Of a stretch of 64,000 nucleotides of DNA, positions 38,231 to 48,634 are shown piece by piece. A model generated the notes under the pieces. The model searched no databases and was not told where the DNA came from. It saw only the letters and a program-made list of their open reading frames with translations. Every line of letters begins with the position of its first letter. The stretch's first letter is position 1. Both the position numbers and the translations under genes were made by a program. The stretch lies in the NCBI GenBank assembly GCA_026014815.1, contig JAOZHP010000110.1, positions 1,047 through 65,046 of the forward strand. Direction: 5' to 3'. The stretch is from Candidatus Bathyarchaeota archaeon. GTDB taxonomy: Archaea > Thermoproteota > Bathyarchaeia > TCS64.

Positions 38231-39202
38231 ATGAGCGAAGTGGGCTTACAGATTGATCCATTGAGCTATCTCAGGGGTTGTACAGAGCCTTGGATCGTGT
38301 ACAAACTTGTTGAGCATCTAAAAAAACCCACTGAACACGTTCTCAGTATCCTGGTTCAAAACGAGAAAATCACCGAGATCATCGATGAATGTAAAACATG
38401 GCCTGGGGAACCCATAAAGAGACATAATGACACGACTCACCTGTTTCATAAGATAGAGTTCCTTGCAGACCTCGGGCTCACAGTGGAGATTGAAGGGATA
38501 AGGGAGGTAGCTGACAGGGTGCTGGCTCACCAATCAGAGGAAGGTATGTTCCTGTCCAGCATCATTGTGCCTAAGGTCTGGGGAGGCTACGACAAGCCAT
38601 CGATGGACTGGATGCTCTGCGATGCCCCTGTTCATCTATATTCTCTGCTGTCTTTCGGAGTATCCAACGAGCAGACAGATGAAGCCGCGAGGAACCTAGT
38701 ATGGCTAGTCGAAAACAATGGATGGAGATGCATAAACTCCCTAGAAAAGTTCAGAGGACCAGGGAGAAAGGAAGATTTCTGTCCCTACGCCAACCTCATA
38801 GCATTGAAGGCACTGTCACTGCACCCAAAGTACAGGAAATCAGAGAGCTGTGAGCTAGGGATCGACGCCCAGTTGATGCATTGAGAGAACCGGGAAGGAA
38901 AAAAGGTCAGGATGTTCGGGATCGGCACCACTTTCAAACGACTGAAGTACCCGAACTTCTGGTACGACATTCTTCACGTGGTGGATGTGCTTAGCAGGTA
39001 TCCATACGCAGTAGAGCAGCCAGCCTTCAAGGAGATGTGGAACATTATAAGCGGGAAACAAAACAGAGAGGGGAGCTTCACACCTGAATCCATCTACAAG
39101 GCGTGGAGCGGCTGGAGCTTCGGTCAAAAGAAACAGCCGTCACCTTGGATGACGTACAAGATATGGCGGATTGACCAGAGGATTCGCGAGGTTGATGGTT
39201 AA
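38231..39202 (+). pseudogene. Prenyltransferase/squalene-cyclase-repeat-like protein interrupted by an in-frame TGA (38882-38884)
   Basis: ORFs 38231-38884 and 38912-39202 share a frame; continuous reading H*ENREGKKVRMFGIG...LKYP..WY; HQSEEG and KQNREG repeats. Confidence 0.65.
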
Positions 39203-39326
39203 CAATTCTCGGTACCCATTAAGGATCGAGGAAGAGGTCATCAAGTGACCCCTTGAAGGCCCGTATTCTAGGCTCCATCCATCTTTCAGAAAAAATTGAT
39301 AAAACCCTTTCATCAATATCATTCAT

Positions 39327-39722
39327 GTGAGCTACCTCTTCTACTGCACTAACAAGACCACGGACGAGTGCCTAGAGAAGGGACTTTTCGGGAACAGTAA
39401 ACAACACTGGGACAAAGTAAAGAAGATCAAGATAGGTGACCCAGTGTTTCTGTACAACCTTAGCACCGGGTGCCTTATAGGACCATTCAGAGCATCATCA
39501 AGACCCAAGATACATCTTGACCCATACGCGTTTCTGAAAAAAGGCAATTTCCCGGCGCAGGTGGAGGTCACATGGACTCTGATAGGTGAGATCAAGGCAG
39601 CACACAAGATACTTCCCTTCCTCTCGAGGCAGTTGAAGTGCAGGTTGACGCCGACTGAGACAGTGAAGGTGCTCCAAGCCCTTCATGAGGTGATGGGGAG
39701 GAAGGTATATTCTTGGCTCTAG
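39327..39722 (+). CDS. Stand-alone DCD (development and cell death)-like domain protein, EVE/PUA-like fold
   Basis: LFYC...T..EC....LFG...IK.GD.VFLYN.....L.G.F.A.S......DP.AF....FPAQV. Confidence 0.7.
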   Translation: MSYLFYCTNKTTDECLEKGLFGNSKQHWDKVKKIKIGDPVFLYNLSTGCLIGPFRASSRPKIHLDPYAFLKKGNFPAQVEVTWTLIGEIKAAHKILPFLSRQLKCRLTPTETVKVLQALHEVMGRKVYSWL

Positions 39723-39780
39723 GTGGAAACTCTTAAAGGGTTATCTAGTTGATACGTCTCCTATCAGAAGGTTTGTTCAC

Positions 39781-40851
39781 ATGGGCATCAGGGTAGCAAT
39801 CGCGGGTGTAGGCAACTGCGCGTCAGCCCTCATCCAAGGAGTAGAGTACTATAAGGACGCGAAACGAGATGAGATGATACCGGGCGTCATGCACGTCTAT
39901 TTCGGCGACTACCACATCAATGAGATCGAGTTCGTCGCTGCCTTCGAGGTAAACAAGCACAAGATCGGTAAAGACCTCTCAGAGGCCATCTGGGCCGAGC
40001 CTAATAATTGCGCAAAATTCGCAGAGGTTCCAGAGACCGATGTAATTGTTCAACCAGCACCTATCATGGACGGCGTCGCTCCCCACATGTACGAGAGCTT
40101 CCACGCAGACAAATCCATCGAGCCAGTTGATGTGGCACAGGTGCTACGTGACACCAAGGCGGATATGCTTATCAACTATCTTCCAGTCGGAAGCGCTGAG
40201 GCCACACAGATGTACGCACAAGCCTGTCTAGACGCCGGCTGCGCATTCATCAACTGTATCCCCGAGTTCATCGCCTCAAGACCAGAGTGGGCCCAAAAGT
40301 TCGTGGACGCTGGTCTACCAGTAGCAGGAGACGACATCAAGAGCCAAGTAGGTGCAACCATCCTTCACCGCGTGGTCGCCAAACTATTCTATGACAGAGG
40401 CGTAGTCCTTGACAGCACGTACCAGCTCAACATAGGTGGAAACACTGATTTCGAGAACATGACAGTCGAGAACAGGCTCCAAACCAAGCGAGTAAGCAAG
40501 ACCCAGGCAGTCCAGAGCCTCATCCCATACGATGTGCCAACACGAATAGGCCCAAGTGACTACGTTCCCTTCTTAGAGGACCAAAAGATCTGCTACATCA
40601 GGGTCAACAGTCACAGCTTTGGTAACCTGCCCATCACTTTCGACGCAAAACTTGTGGTAAACGACAGCCCCAACAGCGCAGGAGTAGTCATCGATGCTAT
40701 AAGAGCGACGAAGATCGCGCTCGACAGGAAGATCAGCGGTCCACTACTGGGTATAAGCAGTTACAGTTTCAAACATCCGCCACAGCAGGTGTCAGATGAC
40801 AAAGCCCACCAGTGGGTTGAGGACTTTATTCAGGGAAAAGTAGAGCGTTAG
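39781..40851 (+). CDS. ino1: myo-inositol-1-phosphate synthase
   Basis: GVGNCAS, YLPVGS, GDDIKSQVGAT, GGNTDF, DSPNSAG. Confidence 0.95.
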   Translation: MGIRVAIAGVGNCASALIQGVEYYKDAKRDEMIPGVMHVYFGDYHINEIEFVAAFEVNKHKIGKDLSEAIWAEPNNCAKFAEVPETDVIVQPAPIMDGVAPHMYESFHADKSIEPVDVAQVLRDTKADMLINYLPVGSAEATQMYAQACLDAGCAFINCIPEFIASRPEWAQKFVDAGLPVAGDDIKSQVGATILHRVVAKLFYDRGVVLDSTYQLNIGGNTDFENMTVENRLQTKRVSKTQAVQSLIPYDVPTRIGPSDYVPFLEDQKICYIRVNSHSFGNLPITFDAKLVVNDSPNSAGVVIDAIRATKIALDRKISGPLLGISSYSFKHPPQQVSDDKAHQWVEDFIQGKVER

Positions 40852-41345
40852 GGAAGCCAGAGCTCAAGCTCTGCCTCAGCTTCCTCAGGGTTCCCTGAGG
40901 CGTGGACCAAATTTTCCACGGCTCGCCCTTCCTCAGTGCTCTTAGCGATGGAGTCAATGCCAAGGTCACCCCTTATCGTGCCTTTCTCAGCCGAAGCTGG
41001 GTCCGTGTACCCTGTGACCCTTCGCACTTCTTTGATAGCGTCATCGCCTCCGATCCGGATAGCCAGTATCGGTCCCCTGCTGAAGTAGCCTCTAAGTTTC
41101 TCAAGGACCTTCATTCCATGTGCCGCGGGATCTGTGATACTGGGCACAACTGCCTGAGCTTTCTTGCCTATGCTGAGAGCCATCGTGTCAGGATAATGTT
41201 TCTTGAGCCGATCAATCTCCACCTTGCCGTAGAACTTAATGTCGAGGATCTTGAGGCCTGCGTCCTCGTAGTACTTGATAGCATTGCCTATTAGGTTGCG
41301 TTCAAGGGCGTCTGATTTGAGTATAACAAGTGTCTCCTGATACAT
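40848..41345 (-). CDS. ndk: Nucleoside-diphosphate kinase
   Basis: TLVILK.DA, GTIRGD, NLVHAS. Confidence 0.92.
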   Translation of the reverse strand: MYQETLVILKSDALERNLIGNAIKYYEDAGLKILDIKFYGKVEIDRLKKHYPDTMALSIGKKAQAVVPSITDPAAHGMKVLEKLRGYFSRGPILAIRIGGDDAIKEVRRVTGYTDPASAEKGTIRGDLGIDSIAKSTEEGRAVENLVHASGNPEEAEAELELWLP

Positions 41346-41425
41346 GGTGAACCGATATACGGGCGTGTTTTAAGGTTTAACGGTCACTGTGTTGAAAAAA
41401 AGGAGGACGGCGGATCATCTCACAT

Positions 41426-41701
41426 CTACTCAGTAAGCTCTGCTCTTGGTATGACGGCCAGAGCCTTCACCATTTCAGAGTCTAGCTCAGAGTTTTCCTC
41501 GTAGTATGTCTTATGTTGAATGTCGTAACGGCTCTCCATGTTTGGGTCAGCCTTCATTATGAGGTGCATCCGTAGGGCACCTGGGCCAAGTCTAGTAGTG
41601 AACTCGCAGCCTGGGACTGGACACTTGAATCGATCAATATTGTCACCGTGAGGCGTGAGTATGATGTACTTTTTAAATTGGTCTGGGATGTTAAGGGACA
41701 A
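41426..41701 (-). CDS. Small protein with C2H2-like zinc finger
   Basis: FKCPVPGCEF.......LRMH...H. Confidence 0.65.
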   Translation of the reverse strand: MSLNIPDQFKKYIILTPHGDNIDRFKCPVPGCEFTTRLGPGALRMHLIMKADPNMESRYDIQHKTYYEENSELDSEMVKALAVIPRAELTE

Positions 41702-41844
41702 GTCTTCCCAGTATATTTACAGATAAGAACGCGAGATATATGCGTTACCCGTAATTGTAGCTAAATTCCATTAAAACGTGAAGGAAGCAAGCTATTATTC
41801 CACTAGAAATAAAACAAGAAAAAATTAGATTTAACAGAGCAGGA

Positions 41845-42039
41845 TTATCTTCGCTGTCGGAGCTTCCAAGCCTCGGTCCACTTGAACTTTCGTGGGTCAC
41901 GGCCCAGCTTTATAGTGCTCTTACGGCATTTACCGCTACAGAACCTCAAAACTCTTCCGTCACGCCTAACGAAGTTCATCCCCGTTCCTGGCGCTATCTC
42001 CGTGCCGCAGAAACTACATTTATGGACTTGGGGCACCAC
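41845..42039 (-). CDS. rpl24e: 50S ribosomal protein L24e
   Basis: CSFCG..I.PGTG...FCSGKC...PRK.KWT. Confidence 0.95.
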   Translation of the reverse strand: MVPQVHKCSFCGTEIAPGTGMNFVRRDGRVLRFCSGKCRKSTIKLGRDPRKFKWTEAWKLRQRR

Positions 42040-42046
42040 GATTCAC

Positions 42047-42259
42047 CTATCGGATCTTCCTGGCTTCACGTTCTGTGTCCCTAAGGCGCAGAATGTCGTC
42101 GATCCTCACAGGACCTTTGATGTTCCTTGTGATGATACGACCCTTGTCCCTGCCGTCCTCAATCCTGACTCTTACCTGCATAATCTCGCCTGTTAGCCCA
42201 GTCCTTCCAAGGATCTGTATTACGGTAGCGGGTGTGAGAAGGTCAGAATCTTGGCTCAT
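42047..42259 (-). CDS. rps28e: 30S ribosomal protein S28e
   Basis: GRTG..GE..QV...[11 protein letters not shown]. Confidence 0.95.
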   Translation of the reverse strand: MSQDSDLLTPATVIQILGRTGLTGEIMQVRVRIEDGRDKGRIITRNIKGPVRIDDILRLRDTEREARKIR

Positions 42260-42260
42260 T

Positions 42261-42650
42261 CTACTTCACAATTTCCTGTAGTTTGTTTATGATCTCTGAC
42301 ACCAGAGCCTCTGCGTCGCCAGCTTCTTCGATGGCGGCTGCAGCGGAACTAACGTTAATACCGAGAGCGTCACCGATCTTCTGCCTCTCAGGCACATACA
42401 CGTATGGTGCCTTCCTCTCATCGCAGAGTAGCGGTAGGTGTGCCACAATCTCTGGTGGCTGCACGTTCTCAGCTATGAGTACGAGCTTTGCTTTACCCCT
42501 CTCGATGGCTTTGGTGGCCTCGTTTGTTCCCTTTCTGATTTTTCCTGACTCTGAGGCAATCTTAAGTGCCTCGTAGGCTGCGTCTGCAACTTCTTTCGGT
42601 ACTTCGAACCTTACGTAGAAGGGTTTCGAAGGATCTACATCTGTGGACAT
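42261..42650 (-). CDS. rpl7ae: 50S ribosomal protein L7Ae
   Basis: [17 protein letters not shown]...PPEIVAHLP; likely ATG at 42650. Confidence 0.95.
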   Translation of the reverse strand: MSTDVDPSKPFYVRFEVPKEVADAAYEALKIASESGKIRKGTNEATKAIERGKAKLVLIAENVQPPEIVAHLPLLCDERKAPYVYVPERQKIGDALGINVSSAAAAIEEAGDAEALVSEIINKLQEIVK

Positions 42651-42766
42651 GTCATTTCCCTCAGCGTGCATAGTGTTACCTATGCATTCTTTATTAAACG
42701 TATCGTTGGTTAACATGAACATGTGAATTTTTAACGAAAAGACTTACCTGTCGATGAAGCGAGGAG

Positions 42767-43120
42767 TTAGACTTGAGTTACTTGCTCCTTGGACTGGTTA
42801 TACTCCTCGAATATCGGAGCGTAGACCCGGCAGAAATAATCGCATGCCTCCTGAGCACCCACTCTTCCTTTCTCGGTGAGTGTGTATATCTTCTTTCTTC
42901 CCTCTTCTCGTGTTGTGACCATCCCGTTTTTCTCTAGTTCCTTTAACGCAGGGTACAGTGTTCCGGGGTTGGGTTTGGTTCCTCTCATCTTCTCTAATGC
43001 TTTCGCTAGCTCCTGTCCGTACATGTCTTTTTTCATGAGTTGCCACAGGATCGTGAAGGATAGGAATCCTCTCATGTCGCAGCATGTTGGTGCGCAGCAT
43101 ACGTCGTTTTGTTGGTCCAT
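42767..43120 (-). CDS. PadR-family regulator with Cys-rich N-terminus
   Basis: YG.EL, PGTLYPALKELE, YTLTEKG; CC..CC N-terminus; divergent from arsM. Confidence 0.88.
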   Translation of the reverse strand: MDQQNDVCCAPTCCDMRGFLSFTILWQLMKKDMYGQELAKALEKMRGTKPNPGTLYPALKELEKNGMVTTREEGRKKIYTLTEKGRVGAQEACDYFCRVYAPIFEEYNQSKEQVTQV

Positions 43121-43185
43121 TACTACTTATTGGATGACCGATACTTTTTTATATTTCGCTCAAATATTATTGGATACCCAATAAT

Positions 43186-43968
43186 ATGATGAGTGTAATG
43201 ACGGAAAAAGAGTCAATTAAAGAAGTAATAAAGGAGAGATACGGGTCCCACGCCCTCAAAGCACAGCAGACAGCACAGTCATGCTGCGGGCCAACCACGA
43301 TAACAGATTGTGGGTGCGGATGTGGAGCAACCCCTGACCAATACGCCAAGGGCATAGGTTACACCCAAGAAGAGTTAACCAACTTACCCGATACAGCTAT
43401 AACTGCGGCAGCCGGATGCGGCAACCCCACAGCCATAGCTGGACTAAAGGAAGGAGAGGTGGTTCTAGACTTGGGGTCGGGTGGAGGAATCGACGTTTTC
43501 CTGTCAGCCCAGAAAGTAGGGCCGAACGGAAAAGCTATCGGCGTAGACATGACCGATGAGATGCTGGACCTCGCGAGGAAGAACGCCAAAGAGTTAGGAA
43601 TAGAGAACGTAGAGTTTAGGAAAGGTGACATCGAGGAACTTCCAGTCGAGGACGAATCGGTGGATGTCATAATCAGCAACTGCGTCATCAACCTAGCGCC
43701 AGATAAAGACAAAGTTTTCAGAGAAGCCTACAGAGTACTCAAGCCAGGAGGCAGACTCACGGTTTCAGACATAGTCACCAAAAATGAGCTTCCACAACAC
43801 ATCAAAGATAACCTAGACCTCTGGGCTGGATGCGTCTCAGGGGCTATACCCGCTGAACAGTACATGGGTAAGCTCAGGGACGCAGGATTCAAGGAAGTCA
43901 AAGAGATCGCGAGCAGAGGCTTCGGTGCGGTGTACAGCGCGGAGATAGAGGCCCACAAGCCACTGTAG
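43186..43968 (+). CDS. arsM: Arsenite S-adenosylmethyltransferase
   Basis: GCGNP, LDLGSGGG.D, SNCVINL, WAGCVSGA. Confidence 0.9.
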   Translation: MMSVMTEKESIKEVIKERYGSHALKAQQTAQSCCGPTTITDCGCGCGATPDQYAKGIGYTQEELTNLPDTAITAAAGCGNPTAIAGLKEGEVVLDLGSGGGIDVFLSAQKVGPNGKAIGVDMTDEMLDLARKNAKELGIENVEFRKGDIEELPVEDESVDVIISNCVINLAPDKDKVFREAYRVLKPGGRLTVSDIVTKNELPQHIKDNLDLWAGCVSGAIPAEQYMGKLRDAGFKEVKEIASRGFGAVYSAEIEAHKPL

Positions 43969-43981
43969 GTAAACGAAAGAC

Positions 43982-44215
43982 ATGACAGAATGTATAGTAA
44001 CCGAAAAGGAAGTGCTGGAGGACCCAACCTGCTACACCCTAGAGGGAGTGTTAACCGTCTTTCATCTGAGGGACATCGAGCTAAAGAAAAAGAACCAAGT
44101 CGCATTAACAAGCATACAAGAAATTCTAATGACTGAGGAAGACCGGGTCTACAGCGTCGAGGAGACGCTGGACAGAGTCCTTGGATTTTATAAGAGGTTC
44201 GTACCCTACACTTGA
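43982..44215 (+). CDS. Hypothetical protein
   Basis: 77-aa ORF directly after arsM. Confidence 0.55.
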   Translation: MTECIVTEKEVLEDPTCYTLEGVLTVFHLRDIELKKKNQVALTSIQEILMTEEDRVYSVEETLDRVLGFYKRFVPYT

Positions 44216-44222
44216 CTCCTTT

Positions 44223-45959
44223 TTATTTATGGGAGTAGTATGCCACGAAAGGCTCAACGGAGTCTACGCGGCAGAACCCGAACCGTTCGAACTGGAACAT
44301 TTCATCGATTTTCATATCAAGGCACTGTTCCTCAATCAAGCCCTTCACAACAGAGGCGTCAGGCATAATCACTTTTCCCTCGACTCCGACACCCATCGGC
44401 AGCCAGTGTATGAACGGTGCCTTTGCCTCACGGGCAACTTGATATTCCTCTGAGTGGAACCGGGCCTTCACTTCACCTGATGAAACTTCAGTTACTTCAA
44501 AGTTCATCACGCTCATAAGCCGTACCAGTTTACCGACTTTTAATTTCTCAAGGTCTGAGCCCGAGATGTTAAACGTGAAGCTCCCGTTCTCGGGAGTAAT
44601 CACGTAGTCTCTTGTACCTTTCTCAGGATGATCCGGGTGAAGCGGGAGCTTTGCCACGTGACTAGTGGGTATATCCGAGACAGTGAACTTGACTGGAGTC
44701 GAAATAAAGAAGAACCTGTTTGCGGATGGATCGATGAGTTTCCTGTTCTCCGCTGCGATGTTATCCCAGCTGATTGTTACATTTACGGGTTTCGGGCCTA
44801 TATGGATCATTATTGCTCGGATGGTCTCGGGCTGAAAACCGCGTTTCCTGAGCGCCTTCAGTGTACCAAGCCGAGGATCGTCCCATCCACTGTATGTGCC
44901 TTCCTCGATACCAGCCCTTATCTTGGATTTACTGAGTATGCCCACCTCAAGTCCGAGGCGGCCTACGTTGATTATCTCGGGGTATTGCCAGCCGAGATGT
45001 TTCTGGAGCCACCTCTGCCGCGTGGTATTCACGTCGTGCTCCTTGCCCCTGATGATATGTGTAACGCCCATCAAGTGGTCGTCCAGCCCACAACTAAAGT
45101 TGTACAAAGGCCATACACGGTACTTATTACCCTGTCTGGGGTGCTCCACGTCGCTTATTCTTAACGCCGGCCAGTCACGCACTGCAGGGTTAGGGTCGTT
45201 AAGGTCGGTCTTGATGCGCACCACCGCGTCTCCTTTCTTGTAGGTGCCGTCAAGCATCATGTTCCAGCGTTTCAACTGCTCCTCTACTGGCAGGTCCCGG
45301 CATGGGCAGGCGCAGCTCTTCATGTATAGCTCCCGAAAGTCTTCGGGTTCGCAGGTACAGACATAGGCGTTCCCTTCTTCAAGCACCTTCACGGCGTACT
45401 TATGGTAAAGCTCGATGCGATCGCTCTGGATGTACTTCTCATCCACCTTTACTCCTAGCCAGTCAAGGTCCTCTAAGATGGCGTCATACATCTCAAGTAT
45501 CGGGGGCTTGACCTCGGCGCTTGTGTCCTCATACCTGAGAATGAAGTGACCGTCATACATCTTGGCGTACTCATCACAGAAGATGATGGGCTCAGCGCTT
45601 CCCAGGTGGAGCGCGCCGTCAGGGTTAGGCGCGAACCTTGTCTTGACCATAGGCCACTTGTCAACGTTCTCCAGCGGGGGAAGAGTCTTTTTCGCCTCCT
45701 TGACCTTCTTCTTCTCAAGTAACTCTGGGTATTTTTCTTCTATGAATCGTTGCTGCTGTTCCTGTGTCCATGAGTTCACTTCCTTGATTGCCTGATTGAT
45801 GACGGGTACAACCTCTTTGACTCTCTGTTTCAGCGCAGGGTACTCGGCGAGGACCTTGCCAATTACTGAGCCTGTGCTGGCTTTGCCGTCGTGCTGAGAG
45901 GCGTTGTGAGCCGCGAACTTTGATGCGGCTGCCTTGATGTCTTCGTTACTCATGGACAA
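44223..45959 (-). CDS. gltX: Glutamate--tRNA ligase
   Basis: RFAPNPDG.LHLG (HIGH), LSKS (KMSKS), QFERFGF. Confidence 0.96.
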   Translation of the reverse strand: MSMSNEDIKAAASKFAAHNASQHDGKASTGSVIGKVLAEYPALKQRVKEVVPVINQAIKEVNSWTQEQQQRFIEEKYPELLEKKKVKEAKKTLPPLENVDKWPMVKTRFAPNPDGALHLGSAEPIIFCDEYAKMYDGHFILRYEDTSAEVKPPILEMYDAILEDLDWLGVKVDEKYIQSDRIELYHKYAVKVLEEGNAYVCTCEPEDFRELYMKSCACPCRDLPVEEQLKRWNMMLDGTYKKGDAVVRIKTDLNDPNPAVRDWPALRISDVEHPRQGNKYRVWPLYNFSCGLDDHLMGVTHIIRGKEHDVNTTRQRWLQKHLGWQYPEIINVGRLGLEVGILSKSKIRAGIEEGTYSGWDDPRLGTLKALRKRGFQPETIRAIMIHIGPKPVNVTISWDNIAAENRKLIDPSANRFFFISTPVKFTVSDIPTSHVAKLPLHPDHPEKGTRDYVITPENGSFTFNISGSDLEKLKVGKLVRLMSVMNFEVTEVSSGEVKARFHSEEYQVAREAKAPFIHWLPMGVGVEGKVIMPDASVVKGLIEEQCLDMKIDEMFQFERFGFCRVDSVEPFVAYYSHK

Positions 45960-46052
45960 TTTATTTCTCGGAGGATAAACAGTGGGATATCTATTATTCC
46001 TTTCTCATAAACCCAAAAAATAAGAAAACAGGGTTATCCCCTCGAATACCCT

Positions 46053-46331
46053 CTAAAGATTATTCTTGAGAGCCTCAAAGTCTCTCTCAAGACTAAATGA
46101 ACGAACCTTGTACTCAAGCAGGTGTTTTATCGCCCTTATATCGTCCTCTAAAAACTTGATTTGATGAAGGGTTTCAAGAATATACTCAACGTTCTCTGGG
46201 GTAATGTCCTGTTCTGAGAAATGCGCCTCTAGTTGCCTAAAAGAGCTATTCAGTAGATCCTGTGTCTGATCTATATTTCGTGTTTTACTTTTTTTCACAG
46301 TTCTATCCTCGCACACAGGTAGTGAATGCAA
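46053..46331 (-). CDS. Hypothetical protein
   Basis: 92-aa helical ORF. Confidence 0.45.
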   Translation of the reverse strand: MHSLPVCEDRTVKKSKTRNIDQTQDLLNSSFRQLEAHFSEQDITPENVEYILETLHQIKFLEDDIRAIKHLLEYKVRSFSLERDFEALKNNL

Positions 46332-46483
46332 CTTAACGTATTGATGAGAGCATATGTAAAGAACGCTGTGGAACGATTGTTCCTAACTATTCCAAGTATA
46401 TATTTCGTATATAGAATACATATCTAAAAAATCAAGAATTTATTACAAATTATAGAGAATTTAAGGAAAATATATGAGTTTAA

Positions 46484-47488
46484 TTAATAATCACGTTTTA
46501 CGAAATACTCTACCAGAGACTTTAACTCGTCTTTAGCTGGGTTATCCGGTATCACATCCAGCATTTTCAGCGCGTTCTTAGTGTAATCTTCCGCCACCTT
46601 CACAGCGCTTTGGATGGAGCCAATGTCGTATAGCGTTTTCACCGCAGCTTCAATGGACTCAGTTGACGCGTCCTCAACTCCGAGAGCACTCATTAATACT
46701 TTCTTTTGCTCAGGCGTGGCATTCTCGAGGGCGTGTATCACTATTAGGGTCTTCTTGCCTTCCCTGATGTCGCTTCCAACGGGCTTACCAAGCTTCTTCT
46801 CATCCGCGGTGATGCCCAGAATATCATCCACTATCTGGAAAGCGATGCCTGCGTCCCACGCGAACCTACCAAGCGCCTCGATCTGTTCATCTGAAGCGCC
46901 TCCAACGGTGGCGCCGACCTCGGCACATGCGCTGAAGAGAGCACTGGTCTTTGCGCCTACCATGAGGATGTAATCCTTTGAGTTTACGTCACCGGCGTCA
47001 GGAAAGCTGATATCAAGAGCCTGACCCTCGCATAGAGTCAGAGTTGCGTTCGTGGTTTTTCTGATTGCTGAAAGTACTTTGATGGGGCTCATTGACGCGG
47101 GGGCGTTCTTCGCCATGATGTCGTAGACCTTAGCGAATAGGAGATCACCAGCGAGAATTGCCATAGCGTCACCATACTTTGTGTGAACAGTTGGGTTGCC
47201 TCGCCTCAGGTTGTCATGGTCCATCACGTCGTCATGGACCAGCGTGAAGTTATGCAATATCTCCAATGCAGCCGCGAAGGGCACAGCGTCAGCGGGGTTT
47301 CCGCCCACTGCTTCACATGCCTTCACGGTTAAGAAAGGTCGCAGCCGTTTGCCTCCTGCCTCGATTAGGTGGCGACTGGCCTCGTAAAGAATCTTAGGCT
47401 TCCTGTCTTTCAGGGCTTCAACGATGAATGAGTCTACCTTCTCGGCGTTCTCGACAATCTTTCTCTTGATGATCTGGTCCTGAGCCAT
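46484..47488 (-). CDS. idsA: Geranylgeranyl diphosphate synthase
   Basis: GGKRLRP, HDDVMD...RRG, FQIVDDILG. Confidence 0.93.
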   Translation of the reverse strand: MAQDQIIKRKIVENAEKVDSFIVEALKDRKPKILYEASRHLIEAGGKRLRPFLTVKACEAVGGNPADAVPFAAALEILHNFTLVHDDVMDHDNLRRGNPTVHTKYGDAMAILAGDLLFAKVYDIMAKNAPASMSPIKVLSAIRKTTNATLTLCEGQALDISFPDAGDVNSKDYILMVGAKTSALFSACAEVGATVGGASDEQIEALGRFAWDAGIAFQIVDDILGITADEKKLGKPVGSDIREGKKTLIVIHALENATPEQKKVLMSALGVEDASTESIEAAVKTLYDIGSIQSAVKVAEDYTKNALKMLDVIPDNPAKDELKSLVEYFVKRDY

Positions 47489-47538
47489 TATGATCCCTGT
47501 TTCACACTATGACATTTAAGAAAGTTGATAAAAGTTAC

Positions 47539-48630
47539 CTAAGAACGCTGTGCATACGCTTCAGGTTTGAAGCCTCTAAGCTTGAGCCACTCAGCAGTAC
47601 GGCCCATAACTAGCGCGGGCACCGTCTTCAAGTCATCGACACGCCGCGCACCCACGAGGAACATGACTACCTTGAATTCTTGGATAATATGATCCACGTA
47701 TTCCGCCAACTGTTCGCGTCCAATGATAGCTTTCTTTAGGAATGGCTTCGCCATACCCGCTGCATCCGCCCCCAAGACAATGGACTTGGCGACCTCGGCT
47801 CCTGTCCTGATTCCCCCTGATGCGATGATCTTTAACTTTGTCCTTTGACTAGTCTCTACGACGCTGACGGCTGTCGGTATACCCCAGTTCCAGAGGGCCT
47901 TTCCTAGATACTCCATATCCTTTTTACCGACCTCCTTAGCGATGTGATACTCTACGGCGCTCCAACTGGTGCCTCCAAGCCCACTGATCTCCAATCCTTT
48001 TATGCCCGCCTTCTCAAACGCTTCTGCTTCCTCGTATGCTATTCCGCAGCCCGTCTCCTTCATGATGATTGGAGTGGTGATCTCGTCTACGATCTCTTTG
48101 ACCTTGACCATTATCCCGCTGTAGTTGGTGTCTCCGCCAACCTGAACCGCTTCCTGTAGTGGGTTCATGTGAAGCGCCATAGCGTCTGCCTTGACCATCT
48201 CGATACAGGTTCTAACCTCATCGACGCCCCAACCAATAGATAGCTGGGGAGTGCCAACGTTCCCGATGACAAGGGAGTTAGGCGCTTCCTCCCTGATGAT
48301 GCTGAAAGTATGGGCGGTCTCGGGTTGGTCAACGGCTATTCTCTGGCTTCCAGCGCTGATGCCTATGCCCTTCTCCTCGGCAACTGAGGCGAGGACTTTG
48401 TTGATCTCCTTGGCTTCCTCGGTTCCACCTGTGATGGCGCTGATGATGAGTGGGGCCGCGAGTTTTCTTCCGAACAACATCGTCTCGGTGGAAACATCAT
48501 CTAAGTCTAGCTCAGGTAACGCCCTGTGAATGAGGCGTACGTCACTGAACCCGGTCCCTATGTCTCCCTCCACGTCCTCCTCAAGGCTGACACGGATATG
48601 TCTCAATTTCCTTTCTTCTATCCCACTCAT
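47539..48630 (-). CDS. fni: Type 2 isopentenyl-diphosphate isomerase
   Basis: RKLRHI, TGG, GSQR, NPLQE, KETGCG, WGIPT. Confidence 0.95.
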   Translation of the reverse strand: MSGIEERKLRHIRVSLEEDVEGDIGTGFSDVRLIHRALPELDLDDVSTETMLFGRKLAAPLIISAITGGTEEAKEINKVLASVAEEKGIGISAGSQRIAVDQPETAHTFSIIREEAPNSLVIGNVGTPQLSIGWGVDEVRTCIEMVKADAMALHMNPLQEAVQVGGDTNYSGIMVKVKEIVDEITTPIIMKETGCGIAYEEAEAFEKAGIKGLEISGLGGTSWSAVEYHIAKEVGKKDMEYLGKALWNWGIPTAVSVVETSQRTKLKIIASGGIRTGAEVAKSIVLGADAAGMAKPFLKKAIIGREQLAEYVDHIIQEFKVVMFLVGARRVDDLKTVPALVMGRTAEWLKLRGFKPEAYAQRS

Positions 48631-48634
48631 AGTA

